A DNA stretch of 63,057 nucleotides, filler included, from Octopus bimaculoides (GCF_001194135.2; 5 parts of 5 records of this genome joined end to end with filler, not necessarily neighbours in it), one strand, 5' to 3'; positions 25,609 to 39,162 are shown, counted from the first letter of the whole stretch. Notes: generated by a model from the sequence alone, not told the origin. Numbers and translations are program-made.

Positions 25609-26317
25609 ACGTGAAATACACTATTGTGTAGTACACACTGAGTTACTTACATCCAGATTTTCATCTCTGAATTAATATCCAGGTGGTGGTGGTGGGCAGA
25701 ATATAATGGAAAGCCGACTCATAAACAACCACAACAGACCGAGCCAACAAATAAACAGATAAACCGGAAATAAATGCAAACAGACGGGAAATAAACTGCG
25801 TACGGTAAGATAGAAATGCCATGATTATTACTGATTCAAAGAGACAAGAGTAAATGGTTCTTCTGTTCGTATTATGGTTAGAAATGGCTGATAGATTTTT
25901 CTGTCTTAACTGAAAGTTAATCAAAGATCAGGTCAACGAAAATTGCCTCTGACCAAACTATAAACGTTAGTTGCAATGCAGATAGATTATCTCTGTGGTT
26001 TTACAGAAGACCTACATTTGACCTAATCATAATCGAATATGTTGTTATGTGTTGTTTTTGTTATCGTTGCTGTTATTGATGTTGTTATGGTTACGGCTGT
26101 TCCTGTAATAAATATTTTTTTGTGTGTCAGGGAGTGATATCTTTTAGTTTTGACTTTTTTCAATCTCTTGGCCGCGGACGTGCTGGGGCCACTGCCTTGA
26201 AGAATTTTAGTCGAGTGAATCAACAGCAGTACTTATATTTAAAAAAAAGACATAATACCTCTTCTATTGGTCTTTTTTTTGCCGAACTGCTAAGTTACGA
26301 GAACATAAAATTGCCGA

Positions 26318-27416
26318 GGTTAATATATAGTGTAAGACCAGATCATGAAAACAAAAAGAAATACCCAGCTTACTAGATGTAAAAAAAAATGGGTAGTAAA
26401 CGAATATGAAAATTAAAATTTGCGCAACAAGGGATGGGTGGAGAAGGACTTTCGGAAAATTCACAAGATCTGATTTTTTCCCTCATAACTTTCAGGAAAA
26501 CATTTTACCCACGAATTTCTTTATAATCATAATCTATGCCGTTTGAAAGGGGTTTCAGCAAAATTTCATTGAAAGATATCCATTTTCCTGAAAGTTATAA
26601 GGGAAAAAAACGGATCGTGTGAATTTTCCGACAATCCTCTCCCCACCCCTTCGGAAAACGTTTTCCCCCACAAATTTCTTTATAATCGTAATCTATGCTG
26701 TTTGAAATGTGTTTGTGTAAAATTTCATTAAAATATATCCATTTTCTTGAAGGTTATGAGGGAAAAATCGGATTTTGTGAATTTTCCGAAAGTCCTCTCC
26801 CCACCCACCACCGTTCGTTTGCACAAATTTTTGTTTTCATATTCGTTTTCTATACATTTTTTTTACATTTAGTAGGCTGGGGGGGGGGGGTTTCCGTGAG
26901 CAGGGCTTAAACTGTATATTCTTTTCTACTTTAGGCACAAGGCCTGAAATTTTGAGGGAGGGGGCCAGTCGATTAGATCGATCCCAGTACGCAACTGGTA
27001 CTTAATTCATCGACTCGGAAAGAATGAAAGGCAATGTCAACCTTGGCAGAATTTGAACTCAGAAGGTAAAGACAGACAAAATACCACTAAGCATTTTACC
27101 CAGCGTGCTAACGTTTCTGCCAGCTTCGCCGCCTGAAGTAAACTATATATTGACTGAAATTTCTTTATAATTGTAATCTGTGCCATTTGAATGGTATTTC
27201 TATAAAACTTTACTAATATATATCCATTTTCCTGAAGGTTATGAGAGAAAAATCGGATCTTGTGAATTTTTCGAATGTCCTCTCCTGGATATGTCCCCCG
27301 TTCATTTGAGCAAATTTTTGTTTCCATATTCGTTTTCTACCCATTTTTTTTTTACACCTAGTAAGTTGGGTATTTTTTGTTTTCATGACTGGGCCTTACA
27401 CTATATATATTAACCC
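26318..27416. mobile_element. Foldback-like element with ~190 bp terminal inverted repeats and internal direct repeats
   Basis: 26318-26505 is the reverse complement of 27225-27416; internal block AAATTTCTTTATAAT..AATCT.TGC recurs near 26513, 26671 and 27157. Confidence 0.75.
26921..27138 (-). mobile_element. SINE family C nested in the foldback element
   Basis: Family C sequence flanked by a 13 bp duplication, TAAACTGTATATT (26908) / TAAACTATATATT (27139). Confidence 0.85.
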
Positions 27417-27454
27417 ATACGAATACCAGAAAATTCACAATATCCAATTTTTGA

Positions 27455-27590
27455 CTAAGGACTGGCAAGCCAAGACGCTGTACCAGGCTTCAATCTGATC
27501 CGGCAAGGTTTCTACAGCTGGATGCCCTTCCTAACACCAACCACTCCGAGAGTGTGGTGGGTGCATTTTACGTGCCACGACTACGATTTC
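27455..27590 (-). mobile_element. SINE-like family D fragment
   Basis: Reverse complement of the family D body. Confidence 0.75.
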
Positions 27591-27595
27591 ACTCA

Positions 27596-28117
27596 GGTGA
27601 GTTGATGAATTCAAATATGTTTCTTGGGCGACATGAAGAAGTAACTGAAGAACACCTGCAAGCATTTAACAGAAGGTTTTGTTATCGGACATGGACACAA
27701 ATTGCTTTGATCTTTTACAGCAGTAATTACAGACTGGGAGCAAAATACTGCTTGGAACTCCAAGCAGCATTTTTCTCCCAGGTCGAGCTTCTGATATGGC
27801 AATCTGCAGCTCTTGTTCAATGTAACTGGATACAATTGTGCTATATTTATGGCAGTGAAGTTCCCTGTCATCTGTGTTTGCCATCTCTCTTAGCTGCCTC
27901 CCTGGGTTGTCTGAATGGTAAAAATGCACATAAAACGGTTTTTATAGGGGACTGGAAGTCAGTTTCTAAAATGTTTGAGAAAACCTGTCCATGCCATTGC
28001 TTCATGATGATTGGTTGGTTAATAGACCAATTGCATGCAACTATGGTGGTTTGCTTGTGGTGTCTGACCAGGCATCCAGAAATTTGGCTTCAAGTCCTCA
28101 CCGCAAGATATCAGAAC
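27596..28117. repeat. Old unclassified repeat, copy 1 of an inverted pair
   Basis: Reverse complement aligns with 28985-29498 (CCAAGCAGTAT..CTCCCAGTCTGTAAT; CCCAAGAAACATATTT). Confidence 0.7.
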
Positions 28118-28984
28118 GTCAGTTAAGAATATTGCCAAACATCTTACAGACCATTCCATCCAATCCTATCCACCAATCCACCATGTACGCTTGGCTATTT
28201 ATGTCAGGCCAAGGAATAAAACCTGTATATGGTCACCTAATCTACTAGAAACAGCAGTCGAATCTCTTTAAAAATCATACTCTACCATCTTTCAAAACGA
28301 TCTCATTTGATAACGTAGTCCCAGATTAACAAAACTATGTCCCCAGTCAGAATATCTTTCATTATGTATCTACTCCATCAGAACAAACCTGGGGTTAAAC
28401 AACAACAATTCAACTAAATACATCTTCCCAGTCTGAATGTATGTCTCAGTTAATACCACAACCCAAACAAACCAGCTTAAACCACTGTAAAACCTTTTCT
28501 TAACATGCAGCCGTGATCTCCCATTTAATCCATGTAAACTGGTGACTGTTTGATGCTGTTACTGTTGGTCTTTAACTTAGGGAAGATCAAATAAGGTAAA
28601 CTGTTATCTTTAAATCTCTTTGGGAAACATGAAAATATTCTTTGATATGTGAAAATACATTGTGATTTGCAGTGTCAACATTGCCCTGCAGTGAAACATC
28701 AACATTGATTAAATCTTTCAATGAAGAATGTTTGGGTGCAGAAACATTAAAAAAAAATTTTTTTTATACTAGGCAGCCATGTGATGAAGTTCAGATTTCA
28801 AACATTTTGTGTGTCACAAATGGAAATAAAAAAAAGGAAGAGGATATTTCAGATGAGAACATCAAGTGGAGAACTTAATCTGTTTCCTGATTTAACATAA
28901 CTTGGGCTTGGGTGAGTTTAGCAAACTTTACTCTGCTGGTAAAGACATGTGATCTAGCAGTTGGTGTGGTTCACTGATAGTTAT

Positions 28985-29498
28985 AAGATCATGATTTAGG
29001 AGGGATTCAAAACTGAATCCCTGGATAACCTATCAGACATAACAACCATTTCACGCGATTGGTCTATCAAGCATCCAATCAGCATCAAACCATCATGATT
29101 CAATCTTCTAGAATCTTCTTGTGTCCTATAAAAGGCCACTTTTGGCAGTATTCAATTGCAGAATGTTGAGACAGCTGAGCAATATGTCTCCATTCTTGCC
29201 ACACCAGAATGACTCATACAAATGGCTCACACAGATGACCAAGAACCTCCATTGCAACACATGTAGCACAATTATTTCCAATTGCACCAGGCAAGCCCCA
29301 GATTGCTATATCAACAGCTTGCCCTAAACGCCAAGCAGTATCTTTCTCCCAGTCTGTAATCATCACTATTCTTATCTGGAAAAGACCAAAGCAGTTCGTC
29401 TTTATGTACGATAACAAAATCTGTTAAATGTTTGCAGACATTGTTCATTTACCTCTTCCAGCAGCCCAAGAAACATATTTTCATTCATCAACTCAACC
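28985..29498. repeat. Old unclassified repeat, copy 2 of an inverted pair
   Basis: Diverged inverted homologue of 27596-28117. Confidence 0.7.
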
Positions 29499-29504
29499 AG
29501 CCAC

Positions 29505-29730
29505 CGCCAAGTGTGACAGCGGTTTCAATTCCCAGACAGAGTGATGTGTTATGTTCATGAGCAAAACATTATTTCACTCTGCTCAATTTCACTCAGCTAT
29601 AAATGAGTTCCAGCGATAGATGGGAAGGAAACCACGTGATGGATTAGGGTCTCACTCAAGGGTGTTGCACAGTGTTATGATTTCACACACTTTTATGCCA
29701 TGGAAATTAGTCTAAGCTCAAGTCTTATGA
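29505..29730 (+). mobile_element. SINE family F
   Basis: GGTTTCAATTCCCAGAC...GAGCAAAACATTATTTCAC...CACTCAGCT core. Confidence 0.65.
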
Positions 29731-29854
29731 GTTCTTGAGATAAAGACAGACCGACTCTGTTCAATGTATCCAACAGCAAGTCATGTTAAGCTCAAGCCTT
29801 ATGAGTTTAGGCTCAAGACAGACTGACTCTGTTCAATGTATCTAACACCACTTT

Positions 29855-30150
29855 GGGCAAATATCTTCTACTATATTCTTGGGTTGACCAAAGCCATGTG
29901 TGTGTGTGTGTGTGCATGTGTGAGTGTCACTGTGTCTTTATGTCCATGTTTTGACACCACCACCACTTGACAACTGGTGTCGATGTGCTTACGAACTCAT
30001 CACTTAGTGGTTCAGCAAAAAGGACTGATAGAATAAGGGCCAAATTTAAAAAACAAAACACAAGTACTGGGGTTGACTCATTTGGCTAAAAATTCTCCAA
30101 GGCTGTGCCCCAGCATGGACACAGTTTAATAATTGAAACAAGCAAAAGAT
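29855..30150 (+). mobile_element. SINE family A, 5'-truncated
   Basis: Matches the middle and tail of 18257-18630. Confidence 0.75.
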
Positions 30151-30279
30151 AGGAGATTTCATTATAAATGTGACCACCCTCAAGAATTCTCATTCTGGTA
30201 ACGTATTCTCTTCCAGAATCTACATGCAGATTCTTCAAATGGACTTTAACTACAATGACCTCACCTTCCCATCGCAGTT

Positions 30280-30487
30280 GTCTTCTCTGCTTGTTGGTGC
30301 TGGTACCACATAAGAAGCGTTCAGGCCATTCTGCTGGATGGTTGGGTCAGGAAGAGCATCCAGCCGTAAAAGCCAAGCCAAAACAGACACAGAAGTCTGG
30401 TGCAGTCTCCAGCCTGGCCAGTTCCTGTCAAACCGTCCAATCCATGCCAGCATGGAAGGAGGAGGTTAAATGATGATGATGATGATG
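30280..30487 (+). mobile_element. SINE-like family D
   Basis: Family D body with (GAT)n tail. Confidence 0.75.
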
Positions 30488-30866
30488 TTAATAAGTGGAG
30501 TTTGATATAAGGTCACTTGATTTGCTAGAAATGGAAGCCAAATGTCCCTCAAATCATATTCTAACATTTTCTGAAAATAAAGAGATAGCACATTGGGTTA
30601 CGTAACCAAGATGCACGAGGTTTGCATAAAAGAATTGTCACAGCTAAACGACAACAAGAACAACAACGAAGCAGGGTATATTAGATAATGTAGTCCTAGA
30701 TACACTATGTCTGAATAAAAGATGGAACAACTTACATCTGCAGAATTAAGACTGACTCCTACACCACCACCACCACCACCACTACCACCACCACCACTAC
30801 CACCACCACTACCACCACCACCNNNNNNNNNNNNNNNNNNNNNNNNNNNNNNNNNNNNNNNNNNNN

Positions 30867-30878
30867 TTAATTAATTAA
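30867..30878. other. Artificial scaffold linker TTAATTAATTAA
   Basis: 44 N + linker + 44 N. Confidence 0.9.
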
Positions 30879-30922
30879 NNNNNNNNNNNNNNNNNNNNNN
30901 NNNNNNNNNNNNNNNNNNNNNN

Positions 30923-30964
<42 letters not shown>

Positions 30965-30965
30965 T

Positions 30966-31003
<38 letters not shown>

Positions 31004-31043
31004 ATATATGCATACACATACATATAAGCAACAAACGATGGAT

Positions 31044-31139
31044 ACGCGTCACTTCATTACAGCTGTTTCCGACGGATTTCTTTAACAGATTAAGGAGTAC
31101 ATTACGTTACACATAAAAGAAAACGCTTTCTTCAGATAA
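31044..31139 (-). ncRNA. Degenerate hammerhead motif related to 24971-25052
   Basis: UUAU-CUGAAGA...GAAA-C(AGCU)G-UA-AUGA; core intact, but the stem II closing pair is mismatched. Confidence 0.4.
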
Positions 31140-31667
31140 TACATAACATTTCATACAATATAAGAGCAACATTTTACCACAAGCCGAGGCTGGCTTTGTA
31201 TGTCAGAACAAAGATAGGATGTCATTTAATGGTTTGATAGTTGGAAGGGCATTCAAAAGATTTATAGCTTGAGGGCAGTTATAGAGCATGTTAGGGGTGG
31301 GAAAGAGTGAAGTATCGAGCAGCCGAGTTCGTTACCACAACCTGTATGATAATGTTTGAGTCAGCTATAATTGTATCTCCCTGCTATTCATTCTATTATA
31401 TTTTATATTTTATACCTGCTTTATTACTCTAGAATCTGAGATGGGGTTGAAACCAAGATAATGATGTACATAAAGTAATTAAGCAACAAAAACTTATTTA
31501 AAATGAAAAATATAGAGAAATAACTTAAGTAGTGCTTCGGGGTTATAAGGGGAGAGGGAGATGACAATAACAAAAGTGAGAGATACTATTACCTAAATGG
31601 TATAGATGATCCATTACAATTACCATCATTAGAGACGTTTAAACCGCTATTAAACATTATATTATTA

Positions 31668-31754
<87 letters not shown>

Positions 31755-31755
<1 letters not shown>

Positions 31756-32870
31756 CAATTCCTCTTGCAAATTTTATATTCTTTCTATTATACCTGGCTA
31801 TGATGGTACCTATATTGGAGAGGGTAGAATATGAGATTCTAATTGTCTTACGGGCAAATATTACATTGTATGGGATCCAGGGAACGTATATGTAAACTTG
31901 CCATAAATTTATTATATATGCTGCTAGATATAGTACAGTTGAAAGAAACATTATACCAGACTATATTACTCTTTCTAGACTTCTTATGTATATGAGGGCG
32001 GAATTTATCTACTCTTCTTCCACTTTCCAAACTCATGACTTGATTATTAGGTATGCCTATACTATTGGTATTTATTTTATCATTAGAGAGTGACATAATT
32101 TGCTCAATCATTTCTCTACAATTATTATATAAACTATAAATCTTACTGATCTTAGAATCTATTTTCCTATTGCTACATATCTTTTTTGATTTAATAGGAC
32201 TGTTGGAAGATTTAACAGTTGGTCTGTTTTCTCGACCAAGTGGGTTCTTATTGACCTTCTCACTTACGTTCTCACTATTTATTAGCAGGTGTTATACTAT
32301 CTGGATTACGGAGATTAATATCCTGGTCATATCCTAACTTAGAACGAAGTTAGAGTAGTGGGACTAAGCATTAAAATATCTACATTAGCTGATAATTTCG
32401 TAATTCTTCTAGAAATACACTTAACTATTGATTTAAATATATTAGAGTGATGATCTGAGGCATTGTTCACAAGCATCGTAACTTCACCTGGTTTCCTACA
32501 GGGGTAGTATAAGCCTGAGTTAATAGTTAAAGTAGTGTCAAAAAAGTTAGCTACCTTTCTGCCATGTTTGAAAGTGAGACTAAGTTGATGCTTTTGAAGG
32601 ATTTTCTAATTTGTTTCTTCATTCTTTCTATGAGCGATTTATTATTACTAGGAATAATGAATAAAGCATCATCCCTATATAGACCTCACTGCAATTCAGG
32701 GATTTCACTTCAAGAGATACGCACCAACTGAATCGCTCGAGCCCGTATCAATATAAAAATTATCATGGGTGTCAGACCTCGTTCGTAACATACCCTCAAA
32801 TTCTATGATAGTCTTCCTAGCTAAAAGAATGTCTATTTTTTCCCAAGTTATGAGATAGCATTTTTTTTTT
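31755..32870 (-). mobile_element. PLE reverse transcriptase remnant
   Basis: GLYRDDALFII near 32690, RKSNIVWYN and RKTIRISYSTLSNIGTIIARYN; ends in an (AAT)n array. Confidence 0.85.
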
Positions 32871-33003
32871 TGAAAATGAGGGATCTGTTAAGGGGAATAG
32901 GAGATATACTAGAATAATAGCTGTTGATAGCAAATTGTATAAACGAGACGATGATAATGAAAGTGGTTGTAGTGATGGTGATGATTGTGGTGGTGATATT
33001 TGT

Positions 33004-33052
<49 letters not shown>

Positions 33053-34142
33053 NNNNNNNNNNNNNNNNNNNNNNNNNNNNNNNNNNNNNNNNNNNNNNNN
33101 NNNNNNNNNNNNNNNNNNNNNNNNNNNNNNNNNNNNNNNNNNNNNNNNNNNNNNNNNNNNNNNNNNNNNNNNNNNNNNNNNNNNNNNNNNNNNNNNNNNN
33201 NNNNNNNNNNNNNNNNNNNNNNNNNNNNNNNNNNNNNNNNNNNNNNNNNNNNNNNNNNNNNNNNNNNNNNNNNNNNNNNNNNNNNNNNNNNNNNNNNNNN
33301 NNNNNNNNNNNNNNNNNNNNNNNNNNNNNNNNNNNNNNNNNNNNNNNNNNNNNNNNNNNNNNNNNNNNNNNNNNNNNNNNNNNNNNNNNNNNNNNNNNNN
33401 NNNNNNNNNNNNNNNNNNNNNNNNNNNNNNNNNNNNNNNNNNNNNNNNNNNNNNNNNNNNNNNNNNNNNNNNNNNNNNNNNNNNNNNNNNNNNNNNNNNN
33501 NNNNNNNNNNNNNNNNNNNNNNNNNNNNNNNNNNNNNNNNNNNNNNNNNNNNNNNNNNNNNNNNNNNNNNNNNNNNNNNNNNNNNNNNNNNNNNNNNNNN
33601 NNNNNNNNNNNNNNNNNNNNNNNNNNNNNNNNNNNNNNNNNNNNATATATATATATATATATATGTATTTATTATTATTATTATTAATATCAGGAAATCA
33701 ATATTAGAAAATTCATCAGAAAGATATATACATGTGTAGAATAATTGTTGTGTTAGAACTATATGTAGAAATATATGTAAATATGTATAATTATAAATGT
33801 ATAATATAATAATAATAGATATGTCAGTTTAAAAATGTTGAATTATGTTTGAAAGCATCTTACGATCGTGTCACAAAAGCGCTGTCCTAATAATGGAATC
33901 CTATATTGATAAGCATTTATAGACAACAGATTTTTAATTTTGTATAATTTATCGAATGGTAGTTATTTTTTAAGTATGAAGTAATATTATGAAAAGGTGT
34001 TTGTTTGAAATATAAATTAATTATTGAAAATAAAAAATTACTACTTTGCATTTTGGTAATTACACTTTAGTATGAGACTTTAATCCATATTTTCTTCCTT
34101 TGTTGGTCTTCTGTAATAATCCATAATAGCTATGTATGATAG

Positions 34143-34175
<33 letters not shown>

Positions 34176-34679
34176 TATACATATACATATACATACGTAT
34201 ATAGACACACGCTCACATATACCGATATGCACGTGCTCTCACATACATACACTTATATAAACATACCTACACTCGTATGCATATACATACACAGATGATT
34301 GTTCGTGTAAGCACACACTTACATATATATATCTACTTACATACCCACACGCACAAACACGCACACACTTACAGCCATATATATATTCACAAACATATAT
34401 ATATACATATATATATATATACACATGCATATATATAATATATTCATACATGTACACATACGCTCGTGTGTGCATGCACACGTGCCCCCCCCCAGTATAT
34501 ATATATATATATATATATATAATTATAATTATGTAGGCACATAAATTCATGCATTGTAAACACGCGGACAGGCACACATACGTATATATAAAGAGAGAAA
34601 TACAACCCGGCACACAATCAAACGTGGGTTGCGAGGAAGTGGAAAGGGAGAACGCTCATTGAATTATTAGAATTATTTC

Positions 34680-36950
34680 GGGTTGCAGATTCTAGAAAAT
34701 GCATATTTGGTGCGTTGGGAAATCTCGGAATTTTCTGAGCGTGTTTGTTTACTAAGTTTTCGTTACTTACTTAACACGATGCACAAGGTTTTCTCAAGAC
34801 AGTTGTCACGCCGGATAGTGTATTATATGCGTGTGCGTTTTTCTATTATTGACCATTCGATTTCGCATTGTTTTTGCTTCCCTTAATCTCCGTATTAGGT
34901 AGGGGTGTTACGTTTCGACGGGCTAACTTTTCGAATGTGAAGATATGGTTACGATAACAGAATTAAATTGGTTTTCGGAGGCTCCTGTGGATGCGTATTT
35001 GTATTGTGGTGTAGTGATTCTGCATTAGTATATGATATTTTTTGCATTGGTTCCTGAACGGGTCATGCTGATTTCGTGCGATCGCTGCAATTATTTGCGC
35101 AATTATTATTTTTGTAGCTATCTTGTGACTTTTTGTTTTTTGTTTTTGCGACGTTCTGGTTGATTAGCAGTGTCGGCAGTGTTCTTGATGTTATAACTTA
35201 TTTTGTTGATTCATTTTGGAGTTTAGAGTTGAATCATATTATAATTCTGGGGGTCGCTATTTATTTGTTTGTGATCGTATTGTGTTTATTTTTATTATTG
35301 TTCCCATACCCTGTATTGTTTTGATCTCTTTATTCCTTGTTTGTGGTCGTTGTTTGCATGTACATATTTTTTATTATCGTATTTGTGTATGTAGTACACC
35401 GTGTTTTTGGATGTAGTGTACGATACTTCCACTGTCTGCTTATTGAAGATACAATGATATTTATGTGTTTTAAGGAAACACCTGTCTAACGTTGCAAGGA
35501 ATTGTTTACCTAGCTTCGATGATATTTGCAATCCGAAAATTGGGTTATATCATAGGACATCGGAATTTTTGTATCTTTTGTTTGCTTCATTTAGACTATT
35601 TTGTGTGTTGTTGGCATTTTGTGCGTCGCTTTTGCTATTATTGTTATTCTTTTGGGTTCCTTTTCTTTTTTCCTATCTTTCCATTGTGTCTTGGATTTTT
35701 GTGTTTTTATTGTTATGTGTTCCTTGCTGTCTTTCATGTTGTATGTGTTATCTACTTTAAGTGTGTGGGTGTTATTATTATTTAGCGCTTGGCTAGAAAC
35801 CTGATTTTTCCTGTTACCTGGCCCTAGGTTCATTGTAGTAAGGTGCATGTATGTTGAATATTGTCTTGTGGTTGACAGGCGTGATATTCTGGTGGCTATA
35901 TTCCTAACCATTTGATTATGGATTATAGATGATTGGACTTTACATTTATGTATCTAAGACTCTCGTGCGGTTTGTGTATGGCATGTTTCTAAGTAGTATG
36001 TAGGAAATTTTCATTACGGTAATTACTGTCTATGGCCGAAATTTTTAGATACCTTTTAAATGATTCGTGTAGTTTTTTTTTTGTTTTTTTTCTGTGTCTG
36101 ACGATTTTTACTTTAGTACAATTTTGTATTGCGAAAAGGGCATCGTCTCTGTATAGACCCCCCGCTATTTGTGGGAATGAAGATTTGATGCGGATTAAGA
36201 TGTAAATTCCTACCATATCCGTGACTTGAATCGCTCGAACCCATTGGTATATCGAAAGAAGTCGTTCCATCTGATCCCATCCATAGTTTGTTGTAATTAA
36301 TAATGATTTCTCGTGCTGTTAATATTATGTTTACATATGATTTAGATAAGCTAGAATTTTTCATTGCAAATATGAGTCCTTTATTGAGTATTATAGGGTT
36401 AATTTTGGAGTAATATTCATTTATATGTAATTGTAGAAATTTGATGTTTTTTGTTGTTTTTTTTCCATTTTCTTAAGCTCTCCTATTTCCTCCTGAGTGC
36501 CTGACCATAAATGAAGTCCAATCTTAATTTTGAGTTCGAGCATTATTTTATCCATAAATGTTTTGCTTATACATCCTATGTCCGGTTTCGATCGAGATAT
36601 TAGTCTGAATTTAGGGTAGCTATCGAAGTTATTTTTGTGGTCTATAGCGTTTATCCTAGATTCTCTTGGGACATATGGTTCCGTCTTGTCGTCTATCTCT
36701 AGTCTTTTTACTATTTCAAATCCTTTTGCTGTTTATATTAGTGTATGTTTCTATTTGCTAAGCATTTCTGTTTCAACTAAAGTGTGGTGTTTACAGTATA
36801 AAGGTTTCCGATTTTGTCTGCAGGCACTATTATTCCGTTTTCGTTTTTAAAAACCTCCAGTATTTTTTACACTCTCTGGTGGTCTTCTTGTTAAGTATTT
36901 CCTGAATTTGATGTTCTTGAAGTCGAAGATTTCAAACTTACGGAGACAAT
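34680..36950 (-). mobile_element. Long degraded PLE (RT plus GIY-YIG-type endonuclease)
   Basis: FDIPMGSSDS, GLYRDDALF, KLGKQFL...IFNKQTVEVSY, then KNIIY*CRI...GASENQF and CEIEWSIIEK, in PLE domain order. Confidence 0.8.
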
Positions 36951-37230
36951 ATTTACATATCACCTGAGGAAGCTCAACTAGATCTCATAGTGCAGAGAAA
37001 CATTTGCATAATCAAGTACCTGCATTTCTAGAGAACTACGAAGCGTAGAAGGGATTGAAAAAAAAATGTCCAACCGTACAGCTTCTTGTTGACTCCACTG
37101 TTTTGAATTATACATTCACACACGAAGTACGTATAAACTTACTACTGAATAGCACAGGGTAAATCTGAAGGTGGACGAGTTTATACTATACTTTACTACG
37201 TTCATATATATATATATATATATATATATA

Positions 37231-38531
37231 CAAGGGTTGGACAAAATAATGGAAACACCTTCAAGTTTCAAACAAACTTATTCTAATATTTTGGAGAACC
37301 GCTTTTGGCTGTAATTACAACTTGAATTCTACGCGGTATAGACTCGTACAGAGTTTGAATTGTTTACAAAGGAAGATTTGTCCATTCTTCAGCTAAAACA
37401 GTCTCCAGTTCTTGTAGTGGTGGTGGAGGAGGATAACGACTCCTTACTTGTTTTTCTAAAATACAGCATAAATATTCAATAATATTGAGATCTGGGGACT
37501 ATGGTGGTCAGATAAGATGCTCAACTTCACTAGAGTGTTCTTCGCGCCATTCAGCAACAACTTTAGCTATGTGAATTGGTGCATCATCACCCTGAAAGAT
37601 TGCGTTTCCCTATGGTAACAATTCCGCAAACATAGGGTGAATTTGATCAGATAGAATGCTTAAATAGTTTTAACTATTAATGCAGCCTTGAAGAGAAAAC
37701 ATTGGGCCGGCGTATTTCCAAGATATAGCCACCAAGATCATCACAGATCCTCCTCCATGTTTAACAGTTGGAAGAAGGCAGTCTGGGTAACATGCTTCTT
37801 TTGGTTGTCTCCACACGTATACCCAGCGAGTGGTCGGAAATCAGGTAAAAGATGGCTCGTCCGGGAAAATAACATTCTTTCACTGATCTAGGGAGCAATT
37901 ATATAGATTTTTACTCCACTCTAAACGCTTTACAACGTTTCGTTTTTTTTTAAAGTATTGGGTATCTCGTTGCAGCCCTCCTGCAAAATTCGGCTTTGTG
38001 CAGCTCACAGTAAACTGCTTTAGTGGAAACTGGGTCCTTGAGGTGTTATTAAGCTCTAGGAATTTCGGGAGCTGCAATTTTGTGATCCTTTCCAACAATT
38101 TGCGTAAGAGTCCAACGGTCCATATCTGAAAGTTTTGGTTTTATTCCGGAGTTTCGTTAGTCGAGGAGTATTTTCCCTCTTTCTGACAGCCTGTCATTAC
38201 TTTCGAGACAATACTTCTTGATACACCAAACATTTCAGCTTTTTTCGTTACGATAGCACCTGCCATACGAGCACCAACAATTTGACCTTTTTGAATGTCC
38301 GATAGATCTGTCATTTTAATGAAATTTAATTATCTGATGATAATCTTTATCTGATGATAATCTTTATCTGATGATAACTGAAAAGAAACAGCAATTTTAG
38401 CAAAACATATTAAGTAACACTAATGACAAATCAAAAAACATACAAATAAACAAGCCTTTGACGGTTTTATAGATATTTCAAAATTATGATGCTATGATGC
38501 TAGGTGTTTCCATTATTTTGTCCAACCCCGG
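37231..38531 (-). mobile_element. Full-length Tc1-like transposon, DD36E spacing, inactive
   Basis: ~30 bp TIRs (C..GGGTTGGACAAAATAATGGAAACACCT), TA on both flanks, transposase 38314-37283 with VKHGGGSVM and SPDLNIIE; stops and frameshifts. Confidence 0.95.
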
Positions 38532-39058
38532 TATATTGGTATGTCATTCATATATCGACAATAATTTGTACTTGTCAATATATTTAGAACTTTTATCGTA
38601 TTGTAAGAACAGTTTTAGGACAAAAATGAAATAATCTCCATCATCAAGATTGTATGTTTATGTCAAAGAAATTTGTTAGTTAGTTCTCACATCACAAAGC
38701 CCGCTGATTCTCTGCAATTATTTCAAATGTAATACTTGTACATATTTACATTTCCAAAAATATCTCGACATTTCACAAGTAATTTTCACTTAACAAAGCA
38801 ATATTGCTATCTTATGATAATTTGAGTGGCATGCCACAATATTTGTTGGACGTTTGTGAAAAGAATCGCCGCTAACGAAGTAAAGAATTGAAAATTAATG
38901 CAATTTAAACACAATTGTATACATTACAGATTTCAACACAAACACAATTGTATATATCATAAACAATAAACCACCAGTCATTCAAGGAGTCATTTGATGA
39001 AATTCGATCCACGTGTGTGTTTGTGCTGATTGGGTGGGTGCGTGTTTGGCTGGGTGCG

Positions 39059-39162
<104 letters not shown>

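Noticed and set aside
25651-25830. 180 nt minus-strand exon with good acceptor and GTAAGT donor
   Set aside because: All three frames contain stops. It could only be a UTR exon ending in MKIW, which I cannot support.
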